Shown here piece by piece: positions 34,701-47,335 of a DNA stretch of 64,000 nucleotides (its first letter is position 1; every line of letters begins with the position of its first letter). This DNA is from Macrostomum lignano (Eukaryota), in the NCBI GenBank assembly GCA_002269645.1, contig NIVC01003986.1, positions 1 through 64,000 on the forward strand, in the 5' to 3' direction. The notes beneath the pieces were generated by a model. It was not told the DNA's origin. It worked only from the letters and a program-made list of their open reading frames with translations, and made no database searches. A program made the position numbers and the translations under genes.

Positions 34701-35830
34701 GGGAGGAGTTTAGAGAGGATTTTAGGGTGGAGTTTAGGGAGGATTTTAGGGTGGAGTTTAGGGAGGAGTTTAGGGAGGAGTTTAGGGAGGAGTTTAGGGA
34801 GGATTTTAGGGTGGAGTTTAGGGAGGATTTTAGGGTGGAGTTTAGGGAGGATTTTAGGGTGGAGTTTAGGGAGGATTTTAGGGTGGAGTTTAGGGAGGAT
34901 TTTAGGGTGGAGTTTAGGGAGGAGTTTAGGGAGGAGTTTAGGGAGGAGTTTAGGAAGGAGTTTAGGGAGGAGTTTAGGGAGGAGTTTAGGGTGGAGTTTA
35001 GGGAGGAGTTTAGAGAGGAGTTTAGGGTGGAGTTTAGGGAGGATTTTAGAGTGGAGTTTAGGAAGGAGTTTAGGGAGGAGTTTAGGGAGGAGTTTAGGGA
35101 GGAGTTTAGGGAGGATTTTAGGGTGGAGTTTAGGGAGGAGTTTAGGGAGGATTTTAGGGTGGAGTTTAGGGAGGATTTTAGGGTGAAGTTTAGGGAGGAG
35201 TTTAGAGAGGATTTTAGGGTGGAGTTTAGGGTGGAGTTTAGGGAGGAGTTTAGGGAGGAGTTTAGGGTGGAGTTTAGGGAGGATTTTAGGGTGGAGTTTA
35301 GGGAGGAGTTTAGAGAGGATTTTAGGGTGGAGTTTAGGGTGGAGTTTAGGGAGGAATTTAGGGAGTTTAGGGTGGAGTTTAGGGAGGAGTTTAGGGAGGA
35401 TTTTAGGGTGGAGTTTAGGGAGGAGTTTAGGGAGGATTTTAGGGTGGAGTTTAGGGAGGATTTTAGGGTGGAGTTTAGGGAGGAGTTTAGAGAGGATTTT
35501 AGGGTGGAGTTTAGGGTGGAGTTTAGGGAGGAGTTTAGGGAGGAGTTTAGGGAGGAGTTTAGGGAGGATTTTAGGGTGGAGTTTAGGGAGGAGTTTAGAG
35601 AGGATTTTAGGGTGGAGTTTAGGGTGGAGTTTAGGGAGGAATTTAGGGAGGAGTTTAGGGTGGAGTTTAGGGAGGAGTTTAGGGAGGATTTTAGGGTGGA
35701 GTTTAGAGTGGAGTTTAGGGAGGAGTTTAGGGAGGAGTTTAGGGTGGAGTTTAGGGAGGAGTTTAGGGAGGATTTTAGCGTGGAGTTTAGGGAGGAGTTT
35801 AGGGAGGAGTTTAGGGAGGAGTTTAGAGAG
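34701..35830. repeat. G-rich 12-bp telomere-like minisatellite (GAGTTTAGGGAG with variants), ~94 copies
   Basis: Most units contain TTTAGGG; variants include GATTTTAGGGTG. Confidence 0.95.
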
Positions 35831-36089
35831 AATTCTTGTCATGGGCAGCACCGAATACCGGCACTTCTCAGTGGCCTCCCATCCCGACGTTACCGACGGT
35901 TAGCCTCTAAATTTGCAAAGGAATTTCATTGCTTAATTGCAGAAAATTTTAACTATTTTCAATATTACGGGGCGTCTCTACATTCAGTTTACTTTTTTAA
36001 TCTACTACTCATGTGATAGACTATTTTTCTGCCGCTGTATCAAACTGTTCCCACCGGCCACCGAAGCGTCCTGCCGCCCTAGCCGGAGG

Positions 36090-36845
36090 CTCATCTGTGC
36101 TAGCTACCCTATAGCTGGAGACTCATCTGTGCTAGCTACCCTATAGCTGGAGATTAATCTGTGCTAGCTACCCTATAGCTGGAGACTCATCTGTGCTAGC
36201 TACCCTATAGCTGGAGATTCATCTGTGCTAGCTACCCTATAGCTGGAGACTCATCTGTGCTAGCTACCCTATAGCTGGAGATTCATCCGTGCTAGCTACC
36301 CTATAGCTGGAGACTCATCTGTGCTAGCTACCCTATAGCTGGAGACTCATCTGTGCTAGCTACCCTATAGCTGGAGATTCATCTGTGCTAGCTACCCTAT
36401 AGCTGGAGACTCATCTGTGCTAGCTACCCTATAGCTGGAGATTCATCTGTGCTAGCTACCCTATAGCTGGAGACTCATCTGTGCCAGCTACCCTATAGCT
36501 GGAGACTCATCTGTGCTAGCTACCCTATAGCTGGAGATTCATCTGTGCTAGCTACCCTACAGCTGGAGACTCATCTGTGCTAGCTACCCTATAGCTGGAG
36601 ACTCATCTGTGCTAGCTACCCTATAGCTGGAGACTCATCTGTGCTAGCTACCCTATAGCTGGAGACTCATCCGTGCTAGCTACCCTATAGCTGGAGACTC
36701 ATCTGTGCTAGCTACCCTATAGCTGGAGACTCATCTGTGCCAGCTACCCTATAGCTGGAGACTCATCTGTGCTAGCTACCCTATAGCTGGAGACTCATCT
36801 GTGCTAGCTACCCTATAGCTGGAGACTCATCTGTGCTAGCTACCC
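36090..36845. repeat. 32-bp minisatellite CTCATCTGTGCTAGCTACCCTATAGCTGGAGA, ~23 copies
   Basis: Direct periodicity (36090, 36122, ...). Confidence 0.95.
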
Positions 36846-37092
36846 TAGCTGGGAGGGTCATGTTTGCCAGCTACCCTAGCTGGGAGGGTCATGTTTGCCA
36901 GCTACCCTAGCTGGGAGGGTCATGTTTGCCAGCTACCCTAGCTGGGAGGGTCATGTTTGCCAGCTACCCTAGCTGGGAGGGTCATGTTTGCCAGCTACCC
37001 TAGCTGGGAAGGTCATGTTTGCCAGCTACCCTAGCTGGGAGGGTCATGTTTGCCAGCTACCCTAGCTGGGAGGGTCATGTTTGCCAGCTACT
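36845..37092. repeat. 31-bp minisatellite CTAGCTGGGAGGGTCATGTTTGCCAGCTACC, ~8 copies
   Basis: Direct periodicity; shares the AGCTACCCTA..AGCTGG core with the preceding array. Confidence 0.95.
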
Positions 37093-37330
37093 GTAGCAGT
37101 TGACAGTTCAAAGAAATCAAACTTGAGTTTGAATATTCCCTGAAGTTGAAAATGATTCCATGCAGAAACTTTGTTACATGTCTTCTCAGCTTTGCTTAAC
37201 TCATTCAGAAGTGCCATGATACGGCTGCAGTTAACAATCTCACCACTGTACTTCCATTGCACTTGGAGATCTTGCAACAGTTTAACTGGCCAACGGATGC
37301 GCACAAAATGCGCAGAAAAAAAGTTCAGCA

Positions 37331-38389
37331 TGGACAGGACAGCAGGTGATATGACAGCAACTGGTGGACAGGACAGCAGGTGATATGACAGCAACTGGTG
37401 GACAGGACAACAGGTGATGTGACAGCAACTGGTGGACAGGACAGCAGGTGATATGACAGCAACTGGTGGACAGGACAACAGGTGATATGACAGCAACTGG
37501 TGGACAGGACAGCAGGTGATATGACAGCAACTGGTGGACAGGACAGCAGGTGATGTGACAGCAACTGGTGGACAGGACAGCAGGTGATGTGACAGTAACT
37601 GGTGGACAGGACAGCAGGTGATGTGACAGCAACTGGTGGACAGGACAGCAGGTGATGTGACAGCAACTGGTGGACAGGACAGCAGGTGATGTGACAGCAA
37701 CTGGTGGACAGGACAGCAGGTGATGTGACAGCAACTGGTGGACAGGACAACAGGTGATGTGACAGTAACTGGTGGACAGGACAGCAGGTGATATGACAGC
37801 AACTGGTGGACAGGACAGCAGGTGATGTGACAGCAACTGGTGGACAGGACAGCAGGTGATGTGACAGCAACTGGTGAACAGGACAGCAGGTGATGTGACA
37901 GCAACTGGTGGACAGGACAGCAGGTGATGTGACAGTAACTGGTGGACAGGACAGCAGGTGATATGACAGCAACTGGTGGACAGGACAGCAGGTGATGTGA
38001 CAGCAACTGGTGGACAGGACAGCAGGTGATATGACAGCAACTGGTGGACAGGACAGCAGGTGATGTGATAGAAACTGGTGGACAGGACAGCAGGTGATGT
38101 GACAGTAACTGGTGGACAGGACAGCAGGTGATGTGACAGCAACTGGTGGACAGGACAGCAGGTGATGTGACAGCAACTGGTGGACAGGACAGCAGGTGAT
38201 GTGACAGCAACTGGTGGACAGGACAGCAGGTGATGTGACAGCAACTGGTGGACAGGACAGCAGGTGATGTGACAGTAACTGGTGGACAGGACAGCAGGTG
38301 ATGTGACAGCAACTGGTGGACAGGACAGCAGGTGATGTGACAGTAACTGGTGGACAGGACAGCAGGTGATGTGACAGTAACTGGACAGC
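37331..38389. repeat. 34-bp minisatellite GGACAGGACAGCAGGTGATGTGACAGCAACTGGT, ~31 copies
   Basis: Direct periodicity; gives a 34-aa period in the minus-strand ORFs. Confidence 0.95.
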
Positions 38390-38944
38390 TGATAAGTTGG
38401 GCAGGAAAGCATACGGTGTCCTCACGGGATTGTGACGGCGCTCATTAGGGATTCACCAGGTGTGACAGGCTGACAGTTTCGAGTTTTACGCGCATGCATA
38501 AATTGGTACAGAGTTAAAACTCCAGTTCATGATATTATCGTCCAAATGGAGTTCTCGATCGCTGCATTCATATTTCAGCATCAATATACGAGTATAACCA
38601 ATATTGGAGTTACTGACGCCGCGTGTGGCTGATCAGAAAACACTCTACTTGCTACTGGCATGAGCGCTTAGGCAGTAGTGAGGTGCGGATCTGACTGCTG
38701 CTTTATTGAGACAGCGACGCCAGCACCGCCGCCAGCTCGTCGGCCACGGCTGAGAACACGAACTCCAGCTGCTCCTGAGGGTGGAGGTGCAGTTATAAGC
38801 GTTTTATCTGATAGCGACCGTCGGGTCTGGCGCAGTCCAAGTGGCTGTGCGAGAGACGGTAAGCAGTGACAATGTGCGCCTGCGAGCCTGAATCATGAGC
38901 TCATGCAGACACGCCAGCATAGGAAGTACAGCAGCCCTCTCTCT

Positions 38945-39545
38945 GATGTATCTTAAGATGTGTCTCTGCTGTGCCTTTGATGCCTCAGTTGTATCCCTGA
39001 TGTGTCTCTGGTGTATCTCTGCTGTGTCTCTGATGTTTCTTTGATGTATCTCTGATGTGTCTCTGATGTGTCTCTGGTGTGTGTCTGATGTATCTATGAT
39101 GTATCTCTGGTGTATCTCTGATGTATCTCTGATGTATCTCTGATGTATCTCTGGTGTATCTCTGATGTATCTCTGATGTATCTCTGATGTATCTCTGATG
39201 TATCTCTGATGTATCTCTGATGTATCTCTGATGTATCTCTGATGTATCTCTGGTGTATCTCTGATGTATCTCTGATGTATCTCTGGTGTATCTCTGATGT
39301 ATCTCTGATGTATCTCTGATGTATCTCTGGTGTATCTCTGATGTATCTCTGATGTATCTCTGATGTATCTCTGATGTATCTCTGATGTATCTCTGATGTA
39401 TCTCTGATGTATCTCTGGTGTATCTCTGATGTATCTCTGATGTATCTCTGGTGTATCTCTGATGTATCTCTGGTGTATCTCTGATGTATCTCTAGTGTAT
39501 CTCTGATGTATCTCTGATGTATCTCTGGTGTATCTCTGGTGCGTA
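38945..39545. repeat. 11-bp repeat GATGTATCTCT, degenerate at the left end
   Basis: Direct periodicity. Confidence 0.93.
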
Positions 39546-40022
39546 TCTAATGTGTTTTCGATGTGTCTCGGATATGGCGTGACTCTACATCTATCAAACA
39601 AATGCAAGTCCTCGAATTTCAGCTGTCCGCCTGCCCCTCCCACCTTTTCTCGCCCAGTTATCCTGCACTCCACCTCTGGCCCAGAAGCCCCGCCGCAGAT
39701 CCCGTCGGCCGGAAACTCGGCAATCCGAGCACGCAGACTCGGCTTCATCAAGCAGCTCAGTCAGCGCTCGGTCCCGACGGAACTTTCTGGGGCTTCAAAA
39801 AATGGCGACCATTCTGGATCTGGGGCCGCCCCCTGTCGCAGACGCGTACATGAGTGTGGAATTGCAGAGGGCTCGGGTCCCTCCCGGCTGTTGGAGACTT
39901 CAAAGCGGAAGATCTTTCTCGAGTAAAAATAGCTTGAAAGCTGCGATAGACAAGAATTTCTCTGTGAACTGTCAGGGGGTTTCATATTTAATATCCCCGA
40001 CACCTTATATCTTCAACAGGGT

Positions 40023-40065
40023 TTGGGTTAGGGTTGGGGTTAGGGTTAGGGTTAGGGTTAGGGTT
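40023..40065 (+). repeat. Short interstitial telomeric tract (TTAGGG)n with variants, ~7 units
   Basis: TTGGGTTAGGGTTGGGGTTAGGGTTAGGGTTAGGGTTAGGGTT. Confidence 0.85.
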
Positions 40066-40474
40066 GGATCCGAAGTTATGAAGTTTCGGAAATATGAAAG
40101 AGGTGCTGTCAGAGGTGTGAAATTATGGAGGCACCCCCCTGAAATAGTTATTAGATTCAATCACCAATATAAATTACAATAAAGAACAATACTAATAATA
40201 AAGATAATTATGTAACACTTAAAGGACGACTGCGGCCCCTGGCGATCGCTTCACAACCAGCGCTGAGGCGATTCTGCCCATTCCGCTGGCTCCTGAGCAC
40301 ATGCAAGCCAACACTGTACGCAGGCACTCATGCACACGCTCGCACAGCAGGGTGAACAGCGGCCCCGTCTTCTAACCATCAGACAGGTGCACTCTCGGTG
40401 CCTTGGGGGATACCCTCATGTATATGAATTGCACGACAACCTCCCGGCCAAAAGTCTGGCAAACTGTCACCCAC

Positions 40475-43400
40475 CGCGGTGTCCACCAGTCCTGGCCGTT
40501 GGTCTCGCAGGTGCTCCAGCGAGGCCGCCAGCGAGACCTCCTTGAGGCAGCCGATGCCGCTGCACAGGCGGGCGAGCACCGAGTCCAGCAGGCAAAATGC
40601 TCCGGACCGCCCGGCACCGTCGCTGCAGCGGAGGCGAGGCTGAGCTTTCAGCAACAGAATTTCAATTCAAATGCAGCAGCCATTCTGGCTGAGCAATGCT
40701 CACCTGCAGTGTACAATCAGCGGCGAGCTCCGGCTTCTGTACGATTTGTTCACCTTCCTATGGGTGAAAGGGTTAAGTGAACTGAATGAACTGAGAAGCA
40801 GAACAAGCATTGGTATCAGATCCAAGCCCCCCAAGCTGAGCAGAGTGTGGCACCCCGGCTGAGCAGAGTGTGACACCCCAGCTGAGCAGAGTGTGGCACC
40901 CCGGCTGAGCAGAGTGTGACACCCCAGCTGAGCAGAGTGTGACACCCCGGCTGAGCAGAGTGTGGCACCCCAGCTGAGCAGAGTGTGACACCCCGGCTGA
41001 GCAGAGTGTGGCACCCCGGCTAAGCAGAGTGTGACACCCCAGCTGAGCAGAGTGTGGCACCCCGGCTAAGCAGAGTGTGGCACCCCGGCTAAGCAGAGTG
41101 TGGCACCCCAGCTGAGCAGAGTGTGACACCCCGGCTGAGCAGAGTGTGGCACCCCAGATGAGCAGAGTGTGACACCCCGGCTAAGCAGAGTGTGGCACCC
41201 CGGCTAAGCAGAGTGTGACACCCCAGCTGAGTAGAGTGTGACACCCCGGCTGAGCAGAGTGTGACACCCCGGCTGAGCAGAGTGTGACACCCCGGCTGAG
41301 CAGAGCAGAGTGCCGGTCTCACCTCCTGAACTCCAGCAAGCTGCTGGTGCTGGGCGGCACGCCGGCCTCCTCCCAGCTCAGGTAGTGGAACTGCGTCACC
41401 GTCCTGGCCGGGCCCAGCCTTCGCCGCTCGGCCCCGGCAGCTGCCAGCGGTCGGACGCGCAGACTGCGTATCACAAAATGGTCGCTGCAGACATGCTCGG
41501 AGACCAGGTGTACCTGAGGTAATCGGATGAGCTGTTACGACCTGCCTGACTGTCGGTCCCAATTTATCTCAATCATTCAAACATAATTAATGACTCCTAA
41601 CGTCAATCAAGGACACCCGACATCAATCAAGGACACCCGACATCAATCAAGGACACCCGACATCAATCAAGGACACCCGACATCAATCAAGGACACCCGA
41701 CATCAATCAAGGACACCCGACATCAATCAAGGACACCCAACATCAATCAAGGACACCCAATATCAATCAAGGACACCCAACATCAATCAAGGACACCCAA
41801 CATCAATCAAGGACACCCAACATCAATCAAGGACACCCAACATCAATCAAGGACACCCAACATCAATCAAGGACACCCAACATCAATCAAGGACACCCAA
41901 TATCAATCAAGGACACCCAACATCAATCAAGGACACCCAACATCAATCAAGGACACCCAACATCAACCAAGGACACCCAACATCAACCAAGGACACCCAA
42001 CATCAATCAAAGACACCCAACATCAATCAAGGACACCCAACATCAATCGGACACCCAACATCAACCAAGGACACCCAACATCAACCAAGGACACCGAATA
42101 CTCGTACCAGCCAAAGGCCGTCGGAATCAGCAGCCCCAGCCAAGGGTTTCCAACCCAGGTGTCGGCGGTCTCACCTGGAAGCCGCCGAACTGGGCGCAGC
42201 CGCGGTCCGGCCAGTAGTCGGGCAGGCCGGGCTCGCCGGGCCGGGCCAGGTTGACCAGCCCGGTGGCGCCCGTCTGCCACACCAGACGCCAGAACTCGCC
42301 GATGGTGGCGGTCAGCGGGCTCTGCGTGAGGATGTGGCCGCCGCCGCCGCCGCCGCCGTCCCCGCGGAGATGCCGCGGCAGGCGGCTGTCCTGGACGAGG
42401 CTAGCGTTGATGTAGTCGGAGGCGCCGGGCGTGTCTGGGAGCAGTCGGACTCGGGTTCTGTCGTCTGCGAGTTTTTTTTGGAGATTTCTCGATGACTGAG
42501 TCGCAGTTTAAATATGGGCCCAACTGCGGTGCTTTGAGCTCAGAAATGATTGAGTTTGGGAAGGGTTGAGATTGGGAAGGGTTGAGATTGGGAAGGGTTG
42601 AGATTGGGAAGGTTGAGATTGGAAGGTTGAGATTGGAAGGTTGAGATTGGAAGGTTGAGATTGGGAAGGGTTCAGATTGGGAAGGGTTCAATTGGGAAGG
42701 GTTGAGATTAGGAAGGGTTGAGATTGGGAAGGGTTCAGATTGGGAAGGGTTGAGATTGGGAAGGGTTCAGATTGGGAAGGGTTCAATTGGGAAGGGTTGA
42801 GATTGGGAAGGGTTGAGATTGGGAAGGGTTGAGATTGGGAAGGGTTGAGATTGGGAAGGGTTGAGATTGGGAAGGGTTGAGATTGGGAAGGGTTGAGATT
42901 GGGAAGGTTGGGAAGCGGCTAGATGAGTTTGTTCAATCCGCAGAAACCGAGGGATTCCTTTAATTCGGTTTGGACACAGCCGTTCCCTGGGGAAAAGCTT
43001 AAAACAGCTGTCAGGCAGGAGACGGAGGGCAGACAGAGAGATGGGGAATGAAGCTGGACTCACACGGCAGGCGGTCCGGCCGCCGGTTTTTGTCGGCGTT
43101 TTCTGGCCGGGTGGCTGCGCTGAACAACCGGCCGTCCTGCTGGTGCGGCTGCCGCGCCGCTTCCTGCAGCTCCTCCCATTCCTCGCGGAGCTTCTGCTTG
43201 TCCGACAGGTGCATCTCCATGTAGTCCTGGGAGCCACGGTTGCGGGTGGGATTTCTTTCTTAGCTTCTGGTTGGCTGGCTGGGTTCCCAGAGTCATCCAG
43301 ACTTAGAATACTCCCTTCTTATTATGACGGTTGCTCCAATCTAGAAATAATAACTGATCAGATCCGGGGATTCCCTGAAGTCTAACAATAGTCAAGTAGA

Positions 43401-45677
43401 TTGGATTTGGGGATTCCCTGTGATCTAAAAATAGGCAAGTTGATTAGTTTGGGATTCCCTGTGATCCAAAAATAGGCAAGTTGATTAGTTTGGGATTCCC
43501 TGTGATCCAAAATAGGCAAGTTGATTAGTTTGGGATTCCCTGTGATAAAAAATAGACATAACTAATTTTGGGGATTCCCGTGATCTAAAATGCATGAATC
43601 TCCGGGTTTCAAAGTAAATATGTTGCAAATAGCAGTTAGTTGTCCTGAATTCTGGGGATTTCTTGATGATCTGTAAAAATCGTTGGTTGCTGCCACGACG
43701 AAATGCACCATGAGATTTCCTTCTAAAACAGCAATCCAGACTCAGAGACAGCTTTTTTCATAATCAAAACCGGCGAACAGACGAAACTGAAATGCTCACC
43801 AGGATGATGTGAGCAGTGCGGATGTCCAGCTCTGCTCGCAGAGGTTCCTGGCACCTGTGGATAATTAACATCACCAGGATGGCTCATTAACAACTGACAG
43901 GACATCCGCAATAAACTCTAGTTTTGTGCAAACAGGCCAGCTCTGCACAGCAAAAAGTTCGTCTGTCACGAGCAGCGAAGAGAAGCGGTGCCCTGCTACT
44001 CTATTTTTAGCATTCGGAAGGGACGAATTAGGCCGGTTTGATGGAGTTGCCAGGGGAAAGGAGGCCAGTATTTGACAGGGACAGGGAGCATGGAACAGGA
44101 AGGGAGGGCGATGGGGAGGGTGAACAAGGGTGGCTGGCTGGGGAAGGTCTCAGCGTCTCAGCGAGAGCTTCTCATCAATGCAGCCCCGATGGCAGGGGGA
44201 TAAGCAAAGTAGGGGATCTCTTTACAGTGCGAGTTTGAGAGCAGCTGCAGCAGATTACGCTTACAATACCGGCTCACTGCAGCTCGAAATTCTTGCTCAC
44301 AGCTCTTCTCTTGCACCCTGAAACCTCTCCTCTTGCACCCTGAAACCTCTCCTCTTGCACCCTGAAACCTCTCCTCTTGCACCCTGAAACCTCTCCTCTT
44401 GCACCCTGAAACCTCTCCTCTTGCACCCTGAAACCTCTCCTCTTGCACCCTGAAACCTCTCCTCTTGCACCCTGAAACCTCTCCTCTTGCACCCTGAAAC
44501 CTCTCCTCTTGCACCCTGAAACCTCTCCTCTTGCACCCTGAAACCTCTCCTCTTGCACCCTGAAACCTCTCCTCTTGCACCCTGAAACCTCTCCTCTTGC
44601 ACCCTGAAACCTCTCCTCTTGCACCCTGAAACCTCTCCTCTTGCACCCTGAAACCTCTCCTCTTGCACCCTGAAACCTCTCCTCTTGCACCCTGAAACCT
44701 CTCCTCTTGCACCCTGAAACCTCTCCTCTTGCACCCTGAAACCTCTCCTCTTGCACCCTGAAACCTCTCCTCTTGCACCCTGAAACCTCTCCTCTTGCAC
44801 CCTGAAACCTCTCCTCTTGCACCCTGAAACCTCTCCTCTTGCACCCTGAAACCTCTCCTCTTGCACCCTGAAACCTCTCCTCTTGCACCCTGAAACCTCT
44901 CCTCTTGCACCCTGAAACCTCTCCTCTTGCACCCTGAAACCTCTCCTCTTGCACCCTGAAACCTCTCCTCTTGCACCCTGAAACCTCTCCTCTTGCACCC
45001 TGAAACCTCTCCTCTTGCACCCTGAAACCTCTCCTCTTGCACCCTGAAACCTCTCCTCTTGCACCCTGAAACCTCTCCTCTTGCACCCTGAAACCTCTCC
45101 TCTTGCACCCTGAAACCTCTCCTCTTGCACCCTGAAACCTCTCCTCTTGCACCCTGAAACCTCTCCTCTTGCACCCTGAAACCTCTCCTCTTGCACCCTG
45201 AAACCTCTCCTCTTGCACCCTGAAACCTCTCCTATTGCACCTACCTGGCGTTGAGGATGACCAGGTCGGAGCTGCGGCCCCAGTCGCAGACAGTCGCAGG
45301 GTTGTCGCGCACGATGACTCTGAGTTCGAGTTGCTGCTGCTGCTGCTGCTGCTGGAGACTCCGCAGACTCTGCAGGCTCATGAGCTGTTGCTGCGGCTGC
45401 CGCAGCTGCTGCGAAGGCGGCGGCGACGGCTGGCGCTGTGGCGTCGCGTCGGCGGCTGAGCTGTCGGCCAGCAGCAGCGAAGATTCGTCCGTCTCGTCCT
45501 GCGGCAGGCCGGAGTCGCTGGACTTGCAGTCTCCGGTGGCGGCCGCTGCCGACACGCCACCGGCTGCTGTGACGGCGCCCTCACCGCCGGCGTTGGTGGC
45601 CGACGAAGCGGTGGCAGCGGCCGCGGGGAGCCGAAGCTCAGCAGCCGGTCCAGGTCGAAGTCCGTGGAGAAAATCGA
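40475..45677 (-). CDS. PTPRN: IA-2/phogrin (PTPRN/PTPRN2/ida-1)-like receptor tyrosine pseudophosphatase, cytoplasmic exons (5' exons and last exon unresolved)
   Basis: Exons 45677-45245 (tentative), 43854-43800, 43226-43064, 42464-42175, 41513-41323, 40757-40704 and 40622-40475 join in compatible phases. Motifs [85 protein letters not shown] and [19 protein letters not shown]; HCSDGAGR is the IA-2 signature. Confidence 0.88.
40835..41304. repeat. 23-bp intronic minisatellite GCTGAGCAGAGTGTGGCACCCCG, ~20 copies
   Basis: Inside PTPRN-like intron 40758-41322. Confidence 0.95.
41603..42095. repeat. 20-bp intronic minisatellite CAATCAAGGACACCCAACAT, ~24 copies
   Basis: Inside intron 41514-42174. 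Confidence 0.95.
42555..42910. repeat. 15-16-bp intronic minisatellite GATTGGGAAGGGTTGA, ~22 copies
   Basis: Inside intron 42465-43063. Confidence 0.95.
43400..43590. repeat. ~39-40-bp intronic tandem repeat (TTGATTAGTTTGGGATTCCCTGTGATCCAAAATAGGCAAG), ~4 copies
   Basis: Inside intron 43227-43799. Confidence 0.85.
44308..45240. repeat. 22-bp intronic minisatellite TCTTGCACCCTGAAACCTCTCC, ~42 essentially identical copies
   Basis: Inside intron 43855-45244; begins a few bases after the donor (minus strand). Confidence 0.97.
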
Positions 45678-45769
45678 CTGCAGCATTGCTGGGGCCTGGC
45701 GAGTTAGAGAGGGGCTCAGCTGCTCGTCAGCCTCGTAGCTGTGTACAACCGAATGGTTGCTGAGTGCAC

Positions 45770-46200
45770 CCAATAGTTTCTGAGCACACCCTCTGGTTGC
45801 TGTGTGTATCCAACAGTCGCTGAGCACACCCTCTGGTTGCTGTGTGCACCCAACAGTCGCTGAGCACACCCTCTGGTTGCTGAGCACACCCTCTGGTCGC
45901 TGAGCACACCCTCTGGTTGCTGAGCACACCCGCTGGTTGCTGTGTGCACCCAATAGTCGCTGAGCACACCCTCTGGTCGCTGAGCACACCCTCTGGTCGC
46001 TGAGCACACCCTCTGGTTGCTGTGTGCACCCAATAGTCGCTGAGCACACCCTCTGGTTGCTGAGTACACCCACTGGTTGCTGAGCACACCCACTGGTTGC
46101 TGAGCACACCCACTGGTTGCTGTGTGCACCCAGTAGTCGCTGAGCACACCCTCTGGTTGCTGAGTACACCCGATGGTTGCTGAGTAAACCTAATGGTTGC
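45770..46200. repeat. 20-bp minisatellite GCTGAGCACACCCTCTGGTT, ~20 copies
   Basis: Direct periodicity with variants. Confidence 0.93.
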
Positions 46201-46894
46201 TGCTGAGTACACCCTAATCCATTGAGTAACACCTGAAGATAGGGTGTACTCCAACCCCCAACCCCCAATGTGAATCTGAGCTATCAATCTCAAGATTGAA
46301 TAAGCCCCTGAGGGCAAAAGTGCAAAGCTGAGAACTGATGAGGCATGAAAGCAGCTGACGCCGTCCCGCCATTCGCCACGGAGCCAAGCGTGGAGTCGCT
46401 GATTTAATCTCAGCTGCCGCGCAGGCGGATCGATCTGCCTCCCTCCCAGCTCGGGGCTGCTGCTCTCAGCTTCTCCATTTTCTCAGCGGGGTGGCTATTT
46501 TTAAACCTCTGTCCCTCTCCGGTCTGCTCTCAACCTGCTGCACCGCGGCGCCCAACTCATTCATCTCTGGCCTCGCAGCTCTTGTATAGCTGCTATAGTG
46601 CTAAAGTGCAATGCAGATTAGCATGCTCTCGGCGTTCATCAGCGAGAGCAGCTGACTTTTATATTCATGACTTCTGATTGCAGGCAGCCTTTCAGCATAG
46701 CCCAGTCACCGAGTTGAAGGCACTTGAAATTCCTTTGAATGGCACATAATTTGCTTGGATTGATTGTTTACTTTGAGAAATCAGTGACAAAATACCCTCC
46801 CATGCCATGAGAGCTAGATGAATGCTTGAGTACTATTTACATTAGCGGAGTGCCTAAGCGCCAAAGTGTGGGTTAAGTTAAGCGCCAAAATGAG

Positions 46895-47335
46895 TGTCTA
46901 AGCACCAGAGTGAGTGTCTAAGCACCAGAGTGAGAGTCTAAGCACCAGAGTGAGTGTCTAAGCACCAGAGTGAGAGTCTAAGCACCAGAGTGAGAGTCTA
47001 AGCACCAGAGTGAGAGTCTAAGCACCAGAGTGAGAGTCAAAGCACCAGAGTGAGAGTCTAAGCCCTAAAGTGAGGGTATAAGCCCTTAAGTGAGGGTATA
47101 AGCCCCTAAGTGAGGGTATAAGCCCTACAGTGAGGGTATAAGCCCCTAAGTGGGGGTATAAGCCTAAAGTGAGGGTATAAGCCCTAAAATGAGGGTCTAA
47201 GCCCTAAAGTGAGGGTATAAGCCCTAAAGTGAGGGTATAAGTCCTAAAGTGAGGGTCTAAGCCCTGAAGTGAGGGTCAAAGCGCCCAAGTGAGGGTTTAA
47301 GCCCTAAACTGAGGGTATAAGCGCCAAACTTGAGC
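46895..47335. repeat. Graded 19-20-bp tandem repeat (CTAAGCACCAGAGTGAGAGT changing to ATAAGCCCTAAAGTGAGGGT)
   Basis: Direct periodicity; the unit drifts along the array. Confidence 0.9.

Noticed and set aside
34553-36016. 487-aa EFRE/DFRV-repeat ORF and its antisense LLPK ORF
   Set aside because: By-products of the 12-bp telomere-like array; the flanks are AT-rich and not coding-like.
37062-38425. Cys/His-rich ORFs resembling metallothionein or keratin-associated proteins (also 16832-17480, 40700-41129, 45378-46317)
   Set aside because: The amino-acid period equals the nucleotide unit length in three frames, the signature of non-coding minisatellites.
40600-40760. Atypical PTP active site (CSDGAGR) and missing WPD loop as a novelty
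   Set aside because: This is the known signature of the catalytically impaired IA-2/phogrin family.
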